Source of the DNA: Candidatus Falkowbacteria bacterium RIFCSPLOWO2_12_FULL_45_13
GTDB taxonomy: Bacteria; Patescibacteriota; Patescibacteriia; Patescibacteriales; GWC2-42-12
Assembly: GCA_001778055.1 (NCBI GenBank)
Contig: MFFY01000036.1
Coordinates: 1 to 33,181 of the forward strand
Direction of reading: 5' to 3'
Length of the DNA: 33,181 bases
The notes below the pieces were generated by a model. It saw nothing but the letters and a program-made list of their open reading frames with translations, was not told the origin of the DNA and ran no database searches. The position numbers and the translations under genes are program-made. This document shows, in pieces, positions 1 through 8,730 of the stretch (its first letter is position 1; the number at the start of each line of letters is the position of its first letter).

Positions 1-716
1 AGAATATTAATAAAAAATAAAATAATCGCCATTTCAAAGCTGACTAGCCAATTGGCTATGAATAACCGCCAGCCTCGTTTAAGCGCTTGACCGACCGTGG
101 ACTTATTGATTACCGCGTCAGCGATAGCGTACTTAGTGATAAAAGACATGATGATAGCCAGCGGAAAAGCCATGATCAAGGCTAAAATATAAAAAGGGTT
201 GGCGTTAAGGCTCCCCTTGATAAAAATTACCGGCAGGCTGATGGCAAAAAGCATTAGATAAACCGCGGCCTTAACTAAAATATTCAAAGTGAAAACCGGC
301 CAAAAATTTAACATGCCAGATTCCCAGCCGTCCCTTAAGGTGGACTTTTTCTGATTTAAAAGCGCGGCCGAATTGTTGACAATGGCCGCTTGCGAGACTA
401 TCACCAGCCAGACTAAAAACAGCAGCGCGGCCAAAGCCGCCAGAGCGAGAATTAAAACCATAACCATATTCAGGGTGTCGTATTTCAGCAAATTGCCGAT
501 ATTGGCGTAAGTTTTAAAACTAAACACGTCGGTTGAAGCCAGGCCTTGCCAGGCGGGAAACAACGCCCGCCCGGGGTTGCTGCCGGCGTTGTTAAATAAA
601 ATTTCAAATACGCCGCCGTTGCCCAAGAGCGCGGCGAAGATGCCGAGCCACCAGAGATATTTATTGCGCCAAGTTATTTTCCAGGCTTGTTTTAAAATAT
701 TTCGATAAAATGACAT
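1..716 (-). CDS. Multi-pass membrane protein, hypothetical (runs off the left window edge)
   Basis: Not in the ORF track. ATG at 716 with GGAGGAGG RBS at 721-728; open frame MSFYRNILKQAWKITWRNKYLWWLGIFAALLGNGG... with several hydrophobic helices and no stop before the edge. Confidence 0.85.
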   Translation of the reverse strand, partial: MSFYRNILKQAWKITWRNKYLWWLGIFAALLGNGGVFEILFNNAGSNPGRALFPAWQGLASTDVFSFKTYANIGNLLKYDTLNMVMVLILALAALAALLFLVWLVIVSQAAIVNNSAALLNQKKSTLRDGWESGMLNFWPVFTLNILVKAAVYLMLFAISLPVIFIKGSLNANPFYILALIMAFPLAIIMSFITKYAIADAVINKSTVGQALKRGWRLFIANWLVSFEMAIILFFINI

Positions 717-792
717 AGAACCTCCTCCGTCGCTTAATTAAAGCGAAGCTAATTATTAATAATCTTATTATAACATAAAAATTTAAACTAAC

Positions 793-833
793 AAAATAGC
801 AACCCGCCGCCAATGGTTTGGTTGCTATTTTTT
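793..833. terminator. Intrinsic terminator-like hairpin downstream of ftsH
   Basis: AAAATAGCAACC (793-804) / GGTTGCTATTTT (820-831) inverted repeat with A/T tails, just past the ftsH stop. Confidence 0.65.
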
Positions 834-859
834 GAATTCGGGGCTGGCGTCAATTAACC

Positions 860-2692
860 TTATGCCTCCGCTTTCGCCTTCTCGCCCACGATCTTTTCAA
901 ATTCCTCTTTTTCCAAAGTCTCTTTGGCCAAAAGCTCAACTACGGTCTTTTCCAGAAAATCGCGCTTAGCCTTAATAATACCTTTAGCTTTAAGCGCCGC
1001 CAGATCAATAAAATTAGAAATTTCCCGATCGATTTGCTCGGCTATTTTTTCGCTGTAATCCCGCTGTTCGTGGATCTCCCGGCCCAAGAAAATCATTTCC
1101 TCCTTATCGCCGTAAGTTCGCGGGCCCAAATTGTCGCTCATGCCGTAATCGGTAATCAGTTTTCTGGCCAAGCCGGTGGCGCGCCGCAAATCGGAGGTGG
1201 CTCCGGTGGTAACTTCGCCAAAGATTTCCTTTTCCGCGACGTAACCGGCGAGCAAAACGGCGATCTCCTCGACATATTCCGTCTTAGAATACATATGCTT
1301 GTCTTCCAGCGGCAATTTTAGGGTGTAGCCGCCGGCTTGGCCGCGGGCAATAATGGAAATTTTCTGTACCGGATCGGCCAGAGAAGAAAAATGGGCCACC
1401 AGCGCGTGGCCGGCCTCATGATAGGCCGTAATTCTTTTTTCTTTGCTGGATAAAATTCTCGATTTCCTTTCCGGTCCCATCATGACTTTCTCAATGGATT
1501 TAAAAATATCTTCCAGGCTGATTATTTTACGATTTTTCATGGCCGCTAAAATCGCGGCTTCGTTTAACAGGTTGGCCAGATCCGCGCCGGTAAAACCCGG
1601 CGTCCTTTCGGCCACTCTTTTAAGGCTGACTTCTTTAGACAGCGGCTTCTTTTTGACGTGCACTTTTAAAATCGCCTCGCGATCGGCTAAATCCGGCTCA
1701 TCCAAAATAACCCGGCGGTCAAAACGGCCGGGCCGGAGTAGCGCCGGGTCTAAGACATCCGGCCGGTTAGTGGCCGCGATGACGATGATATTGGTGTTAG
1801 GATCAAAACCGTCCATTTCCACCAGAATTTGGTTTAGGGTTTGCTCGCGCTCATCATGGGAGCCGCCCAAACCCGACCCGCGCTTGCGGCCGACCGCGTC
1901 GATTTCGTCTATAAAAATAATGCAGGGCGCGCTTTTTTTGGCCTTGCGGAATAAATCCCTAACGCGGGAGGCGCCCACACCGACGAACATTTCCACGAAT
2001 TCAGAGCCGGACAAACTAAAAAACGGCACCTCGGCTTCGCCGGCCACGGCCCGGGCCAGCAATGTTTTACCCGTGCCCGGACTGCCTAACAGCAAAACTC
2101 CCCGCGGAGTGCGCGCGCCCAGCTCGGAAAATTTCTGCGGATTTTTTAAAAACTCTACCACTTCTTTTAATTCTTCCTTGGCTTCTTTAACCCCGGCCAC
2201 TTCTTTAAAAGTCACCTTGTCTTTAAATTCCCGGCCGATTTCTTTGGCTTGAGACTGGCCGAACATCATCGCCTTAGAATTCGCGCCCTGAACCGAACGC
2301 AGCATAAAATAAATAAAAACGCTGATCAGCAAAAAAGGAATTAAGAACGGCAAGATCGCGCCCAGCCAATAGTTAAGGCCTTCATCGCTTTTAACTTCAA
2401 TCTTAATGCTCGCGACTTTAACCGGATCAAGATTAAAATTCTTAACGATTTGCGAGAAAGTGTCGCCGATTTCTTTTTTTACCACCTCGGTCTGGCCTTG
2501 TTTTAAGGTTACTTGCATTTCACTGCCCGCGATTACGATTTTTCCCACTTCCTGATTATTTATTTGAGCCACCAAAGTATCAATGCCCACGATTTCGCTC
2601 TTTCGGCCGGCGCCGGAAAAAAAACTGAAAACCGCGGCGATTAACAAAAAAGTCGTAAAAAATATCAAAAAATTTTTAATTAAGCTTTTCAT
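860..2692 (-). CDS. ftsH: ATP-dependent zinc metalloprotease FtsH
   Basis: Two N-terminal TM segments, Walker A GSPGTGKT, Walker [37 protein letters not shown] zinc motif. Start placed at ATG 2692 (MKSLIKNF) rather than the ORF-track 2770. Confidence 0.97.
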   Translation of the reverse strand: MKSLIKNFLIFFTTFLLIAAVFSFFSGAGRKSEIVGIDTLVAQINNQEVGKIVIAGSEMQVTLKQGQTEVVKKEIGDTFSQIVKNFNLDPVKVASIKIEVKSDEGLNYWLGAILPFLIPFLLISVFIYFMLRSVQGANSKAMMFGQSQAKEIGREFKDKVTFKEVAGVKEAKEELKEVVEFLKNPQKFSELGARTPRGVLLLGSPGTGKTLLARAVAGEAEVPFFSLSGSEFVEMFVGVGASRVRDLFRKAKKSAPCIIFIDEIDAVGRKRGSGLGGSHDEREQTLNQILVEMDGFDPNTNIIVIAATNRPDVLDPALLRPGRFDRRVILDEPDLADREAILKVHVKKKPLSKEVSLKRVAERTPGFTGADLANLLNEAAILAAMKNRKIISLEDIFKSIEKVMMGPERKSRILSSKEKRITAYHEAGHALVAHFSSLADPVQKISIIARGQAGGYTLKLPLEDKHMYSKTEYVEEIAVLLAGYVAEKEIFGEVTTGATSDLRRATGLARKLITDYGMSDNLGPRTYGDKEEMIFLGREIHEQRDYSEKIAEQIDREISNFIDLAALKAKGIIKAKRDFLEKTVVELLAKETLEKEEFEKIVGEKAKAEA

Positions 2693-2721
2693 TAGTTTTA
2701 ATTCTTTAATTATGTAAAGAT

Positions 2722-2883
2722 TAGACTTGTTGCTTAATAAGATTTCGTCGCGAAATGAAGAAATTTCCAACGAAAAATTAGAAAAGCGACGATGTTTATA
2801 GACTAATATAAGCAGAGGAGCTTTTCTTATTTTGCAGCGGAAATTTCAAATTACAGCAGAAAGATTATTAAGCAACAAGTCTA
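2722..2883. mobile_element. 162-bp MITE-like palindromic element with perfect 19-bp terminal inverted repeats
   Basis: TAGACTTGTTGCTTAATAA (2722-2740) and its exact reverse complement (2865-2883); internal paired segments GAAATTTCC/GGAAATTTC and AGAAAAGC/GCTTTTCT. Confidence 0.8.
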
Positions 2884-2911
2884 TTGTATAATACTATAAC
2901 TTATTTTGCAA
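2883..2911 (-). promoter_or_regulatory. Putative sigma70 promoter for ftsH
   Basis: Minus strand TTGCAA-17 nt-TACAAT. Confidence 0.55.
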
Positions 2912-2929
2912 CCTTGCCTTAAAAAAGTC

Positions 2930-2997
2930 TATCGCAAAATTTTAAAAAGCTGAACTTTCTCGGCCGAGAAAGTTCAGCTTTTTAAAATTTTGCGATA
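2930..2997. repeat. 68-bp perfect palindrome without loop, probably also the rpsA terminator
   Basis: TATCGCAAAATTTTAAAAAGCTGAACTTTCTCGG|CCGAGAAAGTTCAGCTTTTTAAAATTTTGCGATA; 34-bp arms checked base by base. Confidence 0.9.
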
Positions 2998-3005
2998 AGC
3001 CCTGG

Positions 3006-4457
3006 TTATTTTTTCTTTTTCTCGGTTTTTTCTCTTCCGCCAGAGGCGCCGTGCCCGCCGGCCGGCCGGCCGGCGAGGTAGGCAGGCAGGGATCCGCTTG
3101 GAGCGGATTTCACTTTTACTGCCGCTCCTTTTTCCTTCTTGGCCTTTTTAACTTTGGGCTTTGCCATGGCGGCGCCGCTGGAGGGTGTCTCTGCCAGAGC
3201 TTCAATTTTTTTGATCGCGCCGGCTTTTTCTTCGGCGCCGGCGGCGCTCGCCTTGGGCTCTCTAGATAAAGCGGCTTCAAAGGCCGGCTTTTTCTCCGCC
3301 TCCGCCGCTGTCTTGTCTTTAGCCGAAATGGCCAAGCCCAAACGATGATCTTTGGGCTCAATGGAGACCACGGTGAATTCCTTTTTTTCGCCGACTTTGT
3401 AGGCTTCATTGATTTTCTGCCCGGCCGCGAGTTCCAGTTGACTGATATGCGACAGGCCGTGGATATCTTTGTCCAATTCAACAAACAGGCCGAAAGGATT
3501 AATTTTTAAAATAGTGCCGGTAACGCTTTGCCCGACCTGATATTTTTTCTCCACCTCGCGCCAGGGGTCAGCCAGAAGTTTTTTAACCGATAAAAATATC
3601 TTTGAGCCCTCAATGGAAATAATTTCGGCCCTGACCTTGTCTCCGACCTTGAATAAATCAGAGGGATCGTCAATTCTTTGCCAAGCCAATTCGCTGATAT
3701 GGATTAAACCTTCCAGATTTTCACCAAAGTTCAAGAAGACGCCGAAGTCAGTCAAAGCGGTGATGGCACCGCTAACCACGCTGCCGACCCGATATTTGGA
3801 AATAATGTCTTTTTGCTTTTCCTGCCAGGCCTCTTTTTCGCTGACAATCAATTTTTCGTCCGGTTCGTCCAGGGTCATGACTTTAACTTCAAAATCAACG
3901 CCGATGAAAGATTTCAGTTTATCCAAAATTTTGCCTTTATCGCCGCCGTTGACCCTGGGGTAATTTTCCGGCGCCAATTGCGAAACCGGCAAAAATCCCT
4001 GAATTTGGGCGAAACTAACCAGCAATCCGCCCTTGTTGGCGTCGTTAATCCTGACCTTCAATATTTTCCTGTTATCATAAGCGTCAATCAGGGTGCTCCA
4101 GGCCTTCTGCTGGCCCGCGCTCCTGAATGACAATTCCAGTTCGCCATTCTCGTTTTCTTCTTCAATAATCGTGGCCTCAACTTCATCCCCCGACTTCAGG
4201 TTGGCGTATTCCTCGGCTTCAAAATAAAGTTCGCGGCCACGGACCACGCCGGTGGTTATGCCGCCCACGTCCAACTTAACCTCGGCTTTAGAAGCGGCCA
4301 AGACCGTACCCTTGACGATATCGCCGGCCACCGGAATTTTTATGTTTTCCTTATCCAATAATTTTTGAAATTCCTCCCGGCTGGCCGGGTCATGGTTCAA
4401 CTCGTCCGGGTTGAACGGCTTCTGGATACTATTATTCTTTTTTGTTTCTTCGGCCAT
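3006..4457 (-). CDS. rpsA: 30S ribosomal protein S1 (four S1 domains plus a low-complexity C-terminal tail)
   Basis: Repeated S1 motifs (NKGGLLV..IQGFLPVSQL, DFGVFLNF..LEGLIHISEL, PFGLFVEL..IHGLSHISQL); Lys/Ala-rich tail contains repeat-derived sequence. Confidence 0.93.
   Translation of the reverse strand: MAEETKKNNSIQKPFNPDELNHDPASREEFQKLLDKENIKIPVAGDIVKGTVLAASKAEVKLDVGGITTGVVRGRELYFEAEEYANLKSGDEVEATIIEEENENGELELSFRSAGQQKAWSTLIDAYDNRKILKVRINDANKGGLLVSFAQIQGFLPVSQLAPENYPRVNGGDKGKILDKLKSFIGVDFEVKVMTLDEPDEKLIVSEKEAWQEKQKDIISKYRVGSVVSGAITALTDFGVFLNFGENLEGLIHISELAWQRIDDPSDLFKVGDKVRAEIISIEGSKIFLSVKKLLADPWREVEKKYQVGQSVTGTILKINPFGLFVELDKDIHGLSHISQLELAAGQKINEAYKVGEKKEFTVVSIEPKDHRLGLAISAKDKTAAEAEKKPAFEAALSREPKASAAGAEEKAGAIKKIEALAETPSSGAAMAKPKVKKAKKEKGAAVKVKSAPSGSLPAYLAGRPAGGHGASGGREKTEKKKK
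3036..3107. repeat. Nested palindromic elements in the rpsA 3' end
   Basis: TCCGCCAGAGGCG (3036-3048) + 42-bp insert ending GGCAGGCAGG (3049-3090) + GATCCGCTTGGAGCGGA (3091-3107). The joined outer halves resemble the 30-bp element at 27404-27433. Confidence 0.75.
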
Positions 4458-4659
4458 ATTTTGTTCCGATTTTTATCCGAAAATAAAAAAACTTTTCTAA
4501 CCTCCCGCCGCCGTCCGGCGGTCAAAGGAAGCCCCTCGGTCACCTTATACCGAAGGTTTAATTATAGGTGCTTATTTAATTGTTTTACTATTATACACTA
4601 TTTGATAATAATTACAAGGCCTTGTTTTGCCCTTGTTTTGCCCACCAACCTTTTTATTT

Positions 4660-6111
4660 TCACCACAACTTTTTTCCAGTAGGTACCGGCCTATCTCCTG
4701 GCGTGACATATTGACCTCCCTCGTTCATTGTCTTGCTCTGCCTTAAAAAAGATACTGTGCCGTCTGGTAAGAGGTAATGCCCGGGAGAACAGGCCATAAT
4801 GTCTTGCTCTTTTTTATTTTCATCATGCTCCATATTCTTGGCGCGCCCGGAAAAATAAGATATTTTGGGCTGTCGCTTTATAAACCATTTGTCATAATCT
4901 GGGCTAGCTTGCTTTATTGCCTCCTTAAACATATTGGCGAAATCGTCGTTACCATGTAGAAGTATTTCGGGTCGAAGTGGTTGTAGCGTTCGGCAGACAT
5001 TCACCATGTCTGACATATATTGTTTGGGATTTTTTCTCGCCCGTACTTCGTAGGGACTGACTGAAATTCTTACCCTATCCAAAAACTCTCCTCCCTTTTT
5101 TACTATCTTTTCTGCCGCGCCTTGCGCGACTGAATCCGGCTGATACCAGCCGGCAGTAGTAATATGTATTCTCCGCTTCTTTGACGCCAGGACTTCTACT
5201 ACGTCGCCATAATCTGCCGGAGAACCGTCGCTATGTAAAAATTTATTATCGCGATAGTCAAAGGGGTCGCTATCGTTATAATTCATAATGCTAGAAAAAA
5301 ACTGTGAGGTAGTAATAGGAAAACCAAGTCCTTTTACATAATCAGTTACAAATAACTGGTTGCCGTCGCGATAGTCGCCCATAGGTCCATTGACAAACGC
5401 AAGAAGTTCCTCGGGAGTTTTTTTAGCACCCCTAAAATATTCAATCAACACCGGGTAGCTGGGCACCATTTTAATAAGCAATTCATTGATCTCACGAACC
5501 GTTTGGGGATTAAAGCCGCGGCCCCGTAAACCAAGAGCCTTAGCCAGCGCCGTCCGCGCGTCCCACTCACCGCCCGTAGAAGAATCGGCTTTAAAGCGGT
5601 CATCATGCATAAACGATGTGTCAATTTTAAGTTGAGCACCAAGGTCATGGCAAAACTTTATCCAATCTTTCTCAATAAGAGCCTCTCTTCTTCGCATCCG
5701 TTCGCCAATTTTAAGCACGGCTTGGAACGGCATGGTTTGCACCTCTCGTGAAGTGTCCGCGGCGCAGAAAGTGCACTGATGGCGGCAGCCTTTGGTTGTT
5801 TGAACCACGGCCAAGTGCGCCCCATATAATTCTTTTTCTTCCGCCGGTTCCAGTTCCGCCAATCCGGAAAAATATTCTCCATGAGGATTTTCCACGGTCG
5901 GCAGTTCCCGCGGGTCCATCCTTAAACCAGCGGCAATTTTTCCCGCCACTTCTTTTCCCTTCGCACTCAAAGGAAAATGAGGCGTAAGCAACGGCCGCGC
6001 CAGTTTGACGCATAGGTCTTCCGCCGCTTTTTTGTCCGCATTTTCTGACACCAAAACATCGGCGCCGACTTTCGGTTTTAGCGGTTCACGATGTTTAAAT
6101 TCAAATCCCAT
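4660..6111 (-). CDS. Radical SAM-like protein of unknown function
   Basis: 483-aa ORF with TTKGCRHQCTFC (CxxxCxxC); the rest is not recognisable. Confidence 0.7.
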   Translation of the reverse strand: MGFEFKHREPLKPKVGADVLVSENADKKAAEDLCVKLARPLLTPHFPLSAKGKEVAGKIAAGLRMDPRELPTVENPHGEYFSGLAELEPAEEKELYGAHLAVVQTTKGCRHQCTFCAADTSREVQTMPFQAVLKIGERMRRREALIEKDWIKFCHDLGAQLKIDTSFMHDDRFKADSSTGGEWDARTALAKALGLRGRGFNPQTVREINELLIKMVPSYPVLIEYFRGAKKTPEELLAFVNGPMGDYRDGNQLFVTDYVKGLGFPITTSQFFSSIMNYNDSDPFDYRDNKFLHSDGSPADYGDVVEVLASKKRRIHITTAGWYQPDSVAQGAAEKIVKKGGEFLDRVRISVSPYEVRARKNPKQYMSDMVNVCRTLQPLRPEILLHGNDDFANMFKEAIKQASPDYDKWFIKRQPKISYFSGRAKNMEHDENKKEQDIMACSPGHYLLPDGTVSFLRQSKTMNEGGQYVTPGDRPVPTGKKLW

Positions 6112-6148
6112 ATTGATGTAAAATTATTTATGATATCTAATATTTTAC

Positions 6149-6613
6149 CTATTCCGTAAATAAAGTTGGTTTGATTTGTTTCAAATACCCCATGCAGTCG
6201 GCCCATTCGCTGGCCGGGCCGGTCAGGTCAAAAACCAGAACCAGGCCGTTATAGGGAACGATAACCCTGCCATCGCTTTCCGTTCCCGCATCAGCCTGCT
6301 TCGCGATTATGTTATAATGCTTGGCCGGGCAAGTTTTCTTGCCGTCCTCTTCGCGGTAAAATTCAAGATTCCTGGCTCCCGCGGTTTTAAAGCCTCGGGG
6401 CAGGTTGAAGCCGTAGCCCATAACCACATTATCCACGATTAGCCGGCCATCAGCGGCTTCGGTCACGGCATAAGGCGAAGCCTGATGCACGATTTGAGCG
6501 CTGATCCAGTCCGCGCTTTCCTCTCGCACTAAAGCATACCAAATAATAAAAATACTAACTAAAGTTGAGAGAAATAAAACGGTAATTTTTATAGAATAAT
6601 CGGTCTGATACAT
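6149..6613 (-). CDS. Hypothetical protein with an N-terminal membrane anchor
   Basis: ORF with hydrophobic ITVLFLSTLVSIFIIWYALV. Start uncertain (TTG 6619 or ATG 6613). Confidence 0.7.
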   Translation of the reverse strand: MYQTDYSIKITVLFLSTLVSIFIIWYALVREESADWISAQIVHQASPYAVTEAADGRLIVDNVVMGYGFNLPRGFKTAGARNLEFYREEDGKKTCPAKHYNIIAKQADAGTESDGRVIVPYNGLVLVFDLTGPASEWADCMGYLKQIKPTLFTE

Positions 6614-6628
6614 AAGCAAAGCATGTTT

Positions 6629-6688
6629 GTCTTCGCCAAGAGTCCCCCGCTAAAATTTAGCGGGGGACGGCGAAGCCATGGCCGACAG
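6629..6688. repeat. Nested palindromic elements: 27-bp hairpin inside a CTTCGCC..GGCGAAG element
   Basis: GTCCCCCGCTAAA-A-TTTAGCGGGGGAC (6642-6668) flanked by CTTCGCC and GGCGAAGCCATGGCCGAC. Confidence 0.7.
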
Positions 6689-6781
6689 TGCTAAAGTCAT
6701 CCATATTATAGCAATATTTATCCAAATAAAAAAGGCGCTGCACGCGCCCCTGATATTTGCCCTGTTAAAAAAATATAATAA

Positions 6782-6832
6782 TAGAACTTACGCGGTTGAA
6801 AAACCTCCGTTCAGTCAACCGCGTAAGTTCTA
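6782..6832. repeat. 51-bp hairpin repeat with 18-bp arms; second copy at 11848-11898
   Basis: TAGAACTTACGCGGTTGA / TCAACCGCGTAAGTTCTA; its reverse complement aligns ungapped to 11848-11898, including the loop sequence TGAACGGAGGT. Confidence 0.85.
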
Positions 6833-6850
6833 AATAGGGTAAAATTAATT

Positions 6851-7804
6851 TTATTGCGGCGTGGCGCATCCGGCCGCGGCGTTGCTATTACTGACGCCGG
6901 CGCCGAATCCGGCCGCCGGAGAGACGCTGGATAACTGCTTGGAGCATTCGGCCGGTTTATTATTGAAAGCCGCGCAAATGCCGGCTAAATAACTTGCCGC
7001 GTCCCTGCCGGCATCGGACTGAACCCCGTTGATCACTAAAGTCGGGCTGCCCTGCACGCCATAACTCTGGCTTAAATCAGAATCGGTTTTATAATAATCT
7101 TTTGACTTGGCGGCAAGGCAGCTCGCCAATTTGATTTTATCAATCCCGGCCTGGGTCTGACAGATGCTGGTATCGCCTTGCTCGGTGAAACATTTTAAAT
7201 AATTATAATATTTGGCGGTTTGCTGCTCGCGCAGGCAAACTTGAGCATAGGTTTCCTGATTTTCCTTGTCGCCATGCATGAAATAATGGACGAACCTGAC
7301 CTTGGCGTCAATCTTATCGCCTAAAGCTTCAAAGGCGGGAATGATGCCTTTTTCCGCCTGCAAACCGTAAGGGCAATGAGTCATAACGAATAATTCAACC
7401 TTTGGTTTATCGGTTTTTGGCACATTAGCGGTCGGCGCAACGGCTTGAGAATTATCCGCCGAAGCCGCTGCCGTCGCTTGTTGGGCGGCGTTCTCCTGGG
7501 CGAAAGTTGCCATATCAAGGCCGCTTTGAAAAAATTTCCCGCCGTCCTTGGTCATATATGAAGTATAGTCCTTGCCGCTGACGTTTAAATTAATATTGTA
7601 GACATCGCCCTCCAAAATCGCGTTTTTAACCGTGGCCTTGATGTCTGACGGCAATAAATTTTCGTTAATAAATTTTTCCGCCGCCGCCTTGGCTTCTTCC
7701 GGGCTAAGAATTTTCCTGGCCTGCTGATCAATCTTGGCCAGCGGAATGGCGCAGCCGCTTACCAATACAGCCAAAAATAGGCTTAAAATAATTATTTTTT
7801 TCAT
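6851..7804 (-). CDS. Lipoprotein with a thioredoxin/DsbA-like domain
   Basis: Lipobox LVSGC; VELFVMTHCPYG active-site-like motif; YGVQGSPTLVING cis-Pro loop; many Cys residues. Confidence 0.8.
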   Translation of the reverse strand: MKKIIILSLFLAVLVSGCAIPLAKIDQQARKILSPEEAKAAAEKFINENLLPSDIKATVKNAILEGDVYNINLNVSGKDYTSYMTKDGGKFFQSGLDMATFAQENAAQQATAAASADNSQAVAPTANVPKTDKPKVELFVMTHCPYGLQAEKGIIPAFEALGDKIDAKVRFVHYFMHGDKENQETYAQVCLREQQTAKYYNYLKCFTEQGDTSICQTQAGIDKIKLASCLAAKSKDYYKTDSDLSQSYGVQGSPTLVINGVQSDAGRDAASYLAGICAAFNNKPAECSKQLSSVSPAAGFGAGVSNSNAAAGCATPQ

Positions 7805-7831
7805 GTTTTTAAAAATTAATCTTATTTAGAT

Positions 7832-7860
7832 AGAATAACAAATTATCTTTAACAAGTCAA
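7832..7860 (-). promoter_or_regulatory. Putative sigma70 promoter for the lipoprotein gene
   Basis: Minus strand TTGACT-17 nt-TATTCT. Confidence 0.5.
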
Positions 7861-7893
7861 AAAAAATCTGCCTAATCAGTAACAGCCGCTTTA

Positions 7894-8694
7894 TCACTCA
7901 GCGCCAAATCTTGAAAGTTGGCCGTTTTTTAAATTACGGCGATAAATCATAATTAAAAAAATATACATCAACGCGAGATAAATTATGGCTAGCCCCGCGC
8001 CGGTTAAAAAATTAGCTAAAAGATGAGGCGTTGAAACAGCGCCGGTTAAACCACGAAAACTTTCAAAGACATACGAGGCTGGAATAATTTTAGAGACAGC
8101 TTGAAGCGCGGCCGGCAAGGTGCTAATCGGATAAAAAACCCCGGCAAAGATCGACAAAACGAACGGTATGGGCCAGCCCAGCCATTCGGCCGACGGGCCG
8201 AAGCGTAAAATTATGGCCGTCATAAAAATCCCCATGGCCACGGCAAAAATAAAGAGCACCAGCATAAAAGGCAAAATTATTAAACCGATTTTAAAAACAT
8301 TATAACCGAAAACCAGGCCGGCTACTGCGGCCATAACCAGAAAGCTAGCCAAGCCCATGGCCAGGCTGGTGGCTACCAGGCCGGCCACGTATTCTTTAAT
8401 CGTTAAGGGCGAAGCAAAAAAATTAATAAAACTCTGCGCCCAGACGTCTTCTAAAAAAGCCGTCATCACGCCCTGTTGAATGCGAGTTAAAAAATTCCAT
8501 AAAATAATCGCTCCCAAAATCACGCTGGTAAAATTAAAAGTGGCGTTGCCAAAAGCGCTTAAATATTTACTAATAAATCCCCACAGGATAATATCAACAA
8601 AAATCCATAAGAAAGGAGCGGTCAATCGCATGGGGTTGCCTTTGTATAAAAATACTTGGCGGATAAAAATGGCGTAAATTCTGGTCAGGCTCAT
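7894..8694 (-). CDS. ABC-2 type transporter permease
   Basis: About six TM helices, GVFYPISTLP motif, adjacent to an ABC ATPase. Start placed at ATG 8694. Confidence 0.9.
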   Translation of the reverse strand: MSLTRIYAIFIRQVFLYKGNPMRLTAPFLWIFVDIILWGFISKYLSAFGNATFNFTSVILGAIILWNFLTRIQQGVMTAFLEDVWAQSFINFFASPLTIKEYVAGLVATSLAMGLASFLVMAAVAGLVFGYNVFKIGLIILPFMLVLFIFAVAMGIFMTAIILRFGPSAEWLGWPIPFVLSIFAGVFYPISTLPAALQAVSKIIPASYVFESFRGLTGAVSTPHLLANFLTGAGLAIIYLALMYIFLIMIYRRNLKNGQLSRFGAE

Positions 8695-8730
8695 ATGATT
8701 CAAAAGTCAAAGGGGGAGAACATTATGACC

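Noticed and set aside
1443-2252. 269-aa plus-strand ORF
   Set aside because: Antisense shadow of the conserved ftsH AAA domain.
2693-2770. 26-aa N-terminal extension of FtsH in the ORF track
   Set aside because: Starts at a TTG inside the palindromic element; ATG 2692 directly precedes the first TM helix.
4498-4560. Hairpins in the rpsA leader as a riboswitch or ncRNA
   Set aside because: Short stems are present, but no known RNA family could be recognised by eye.
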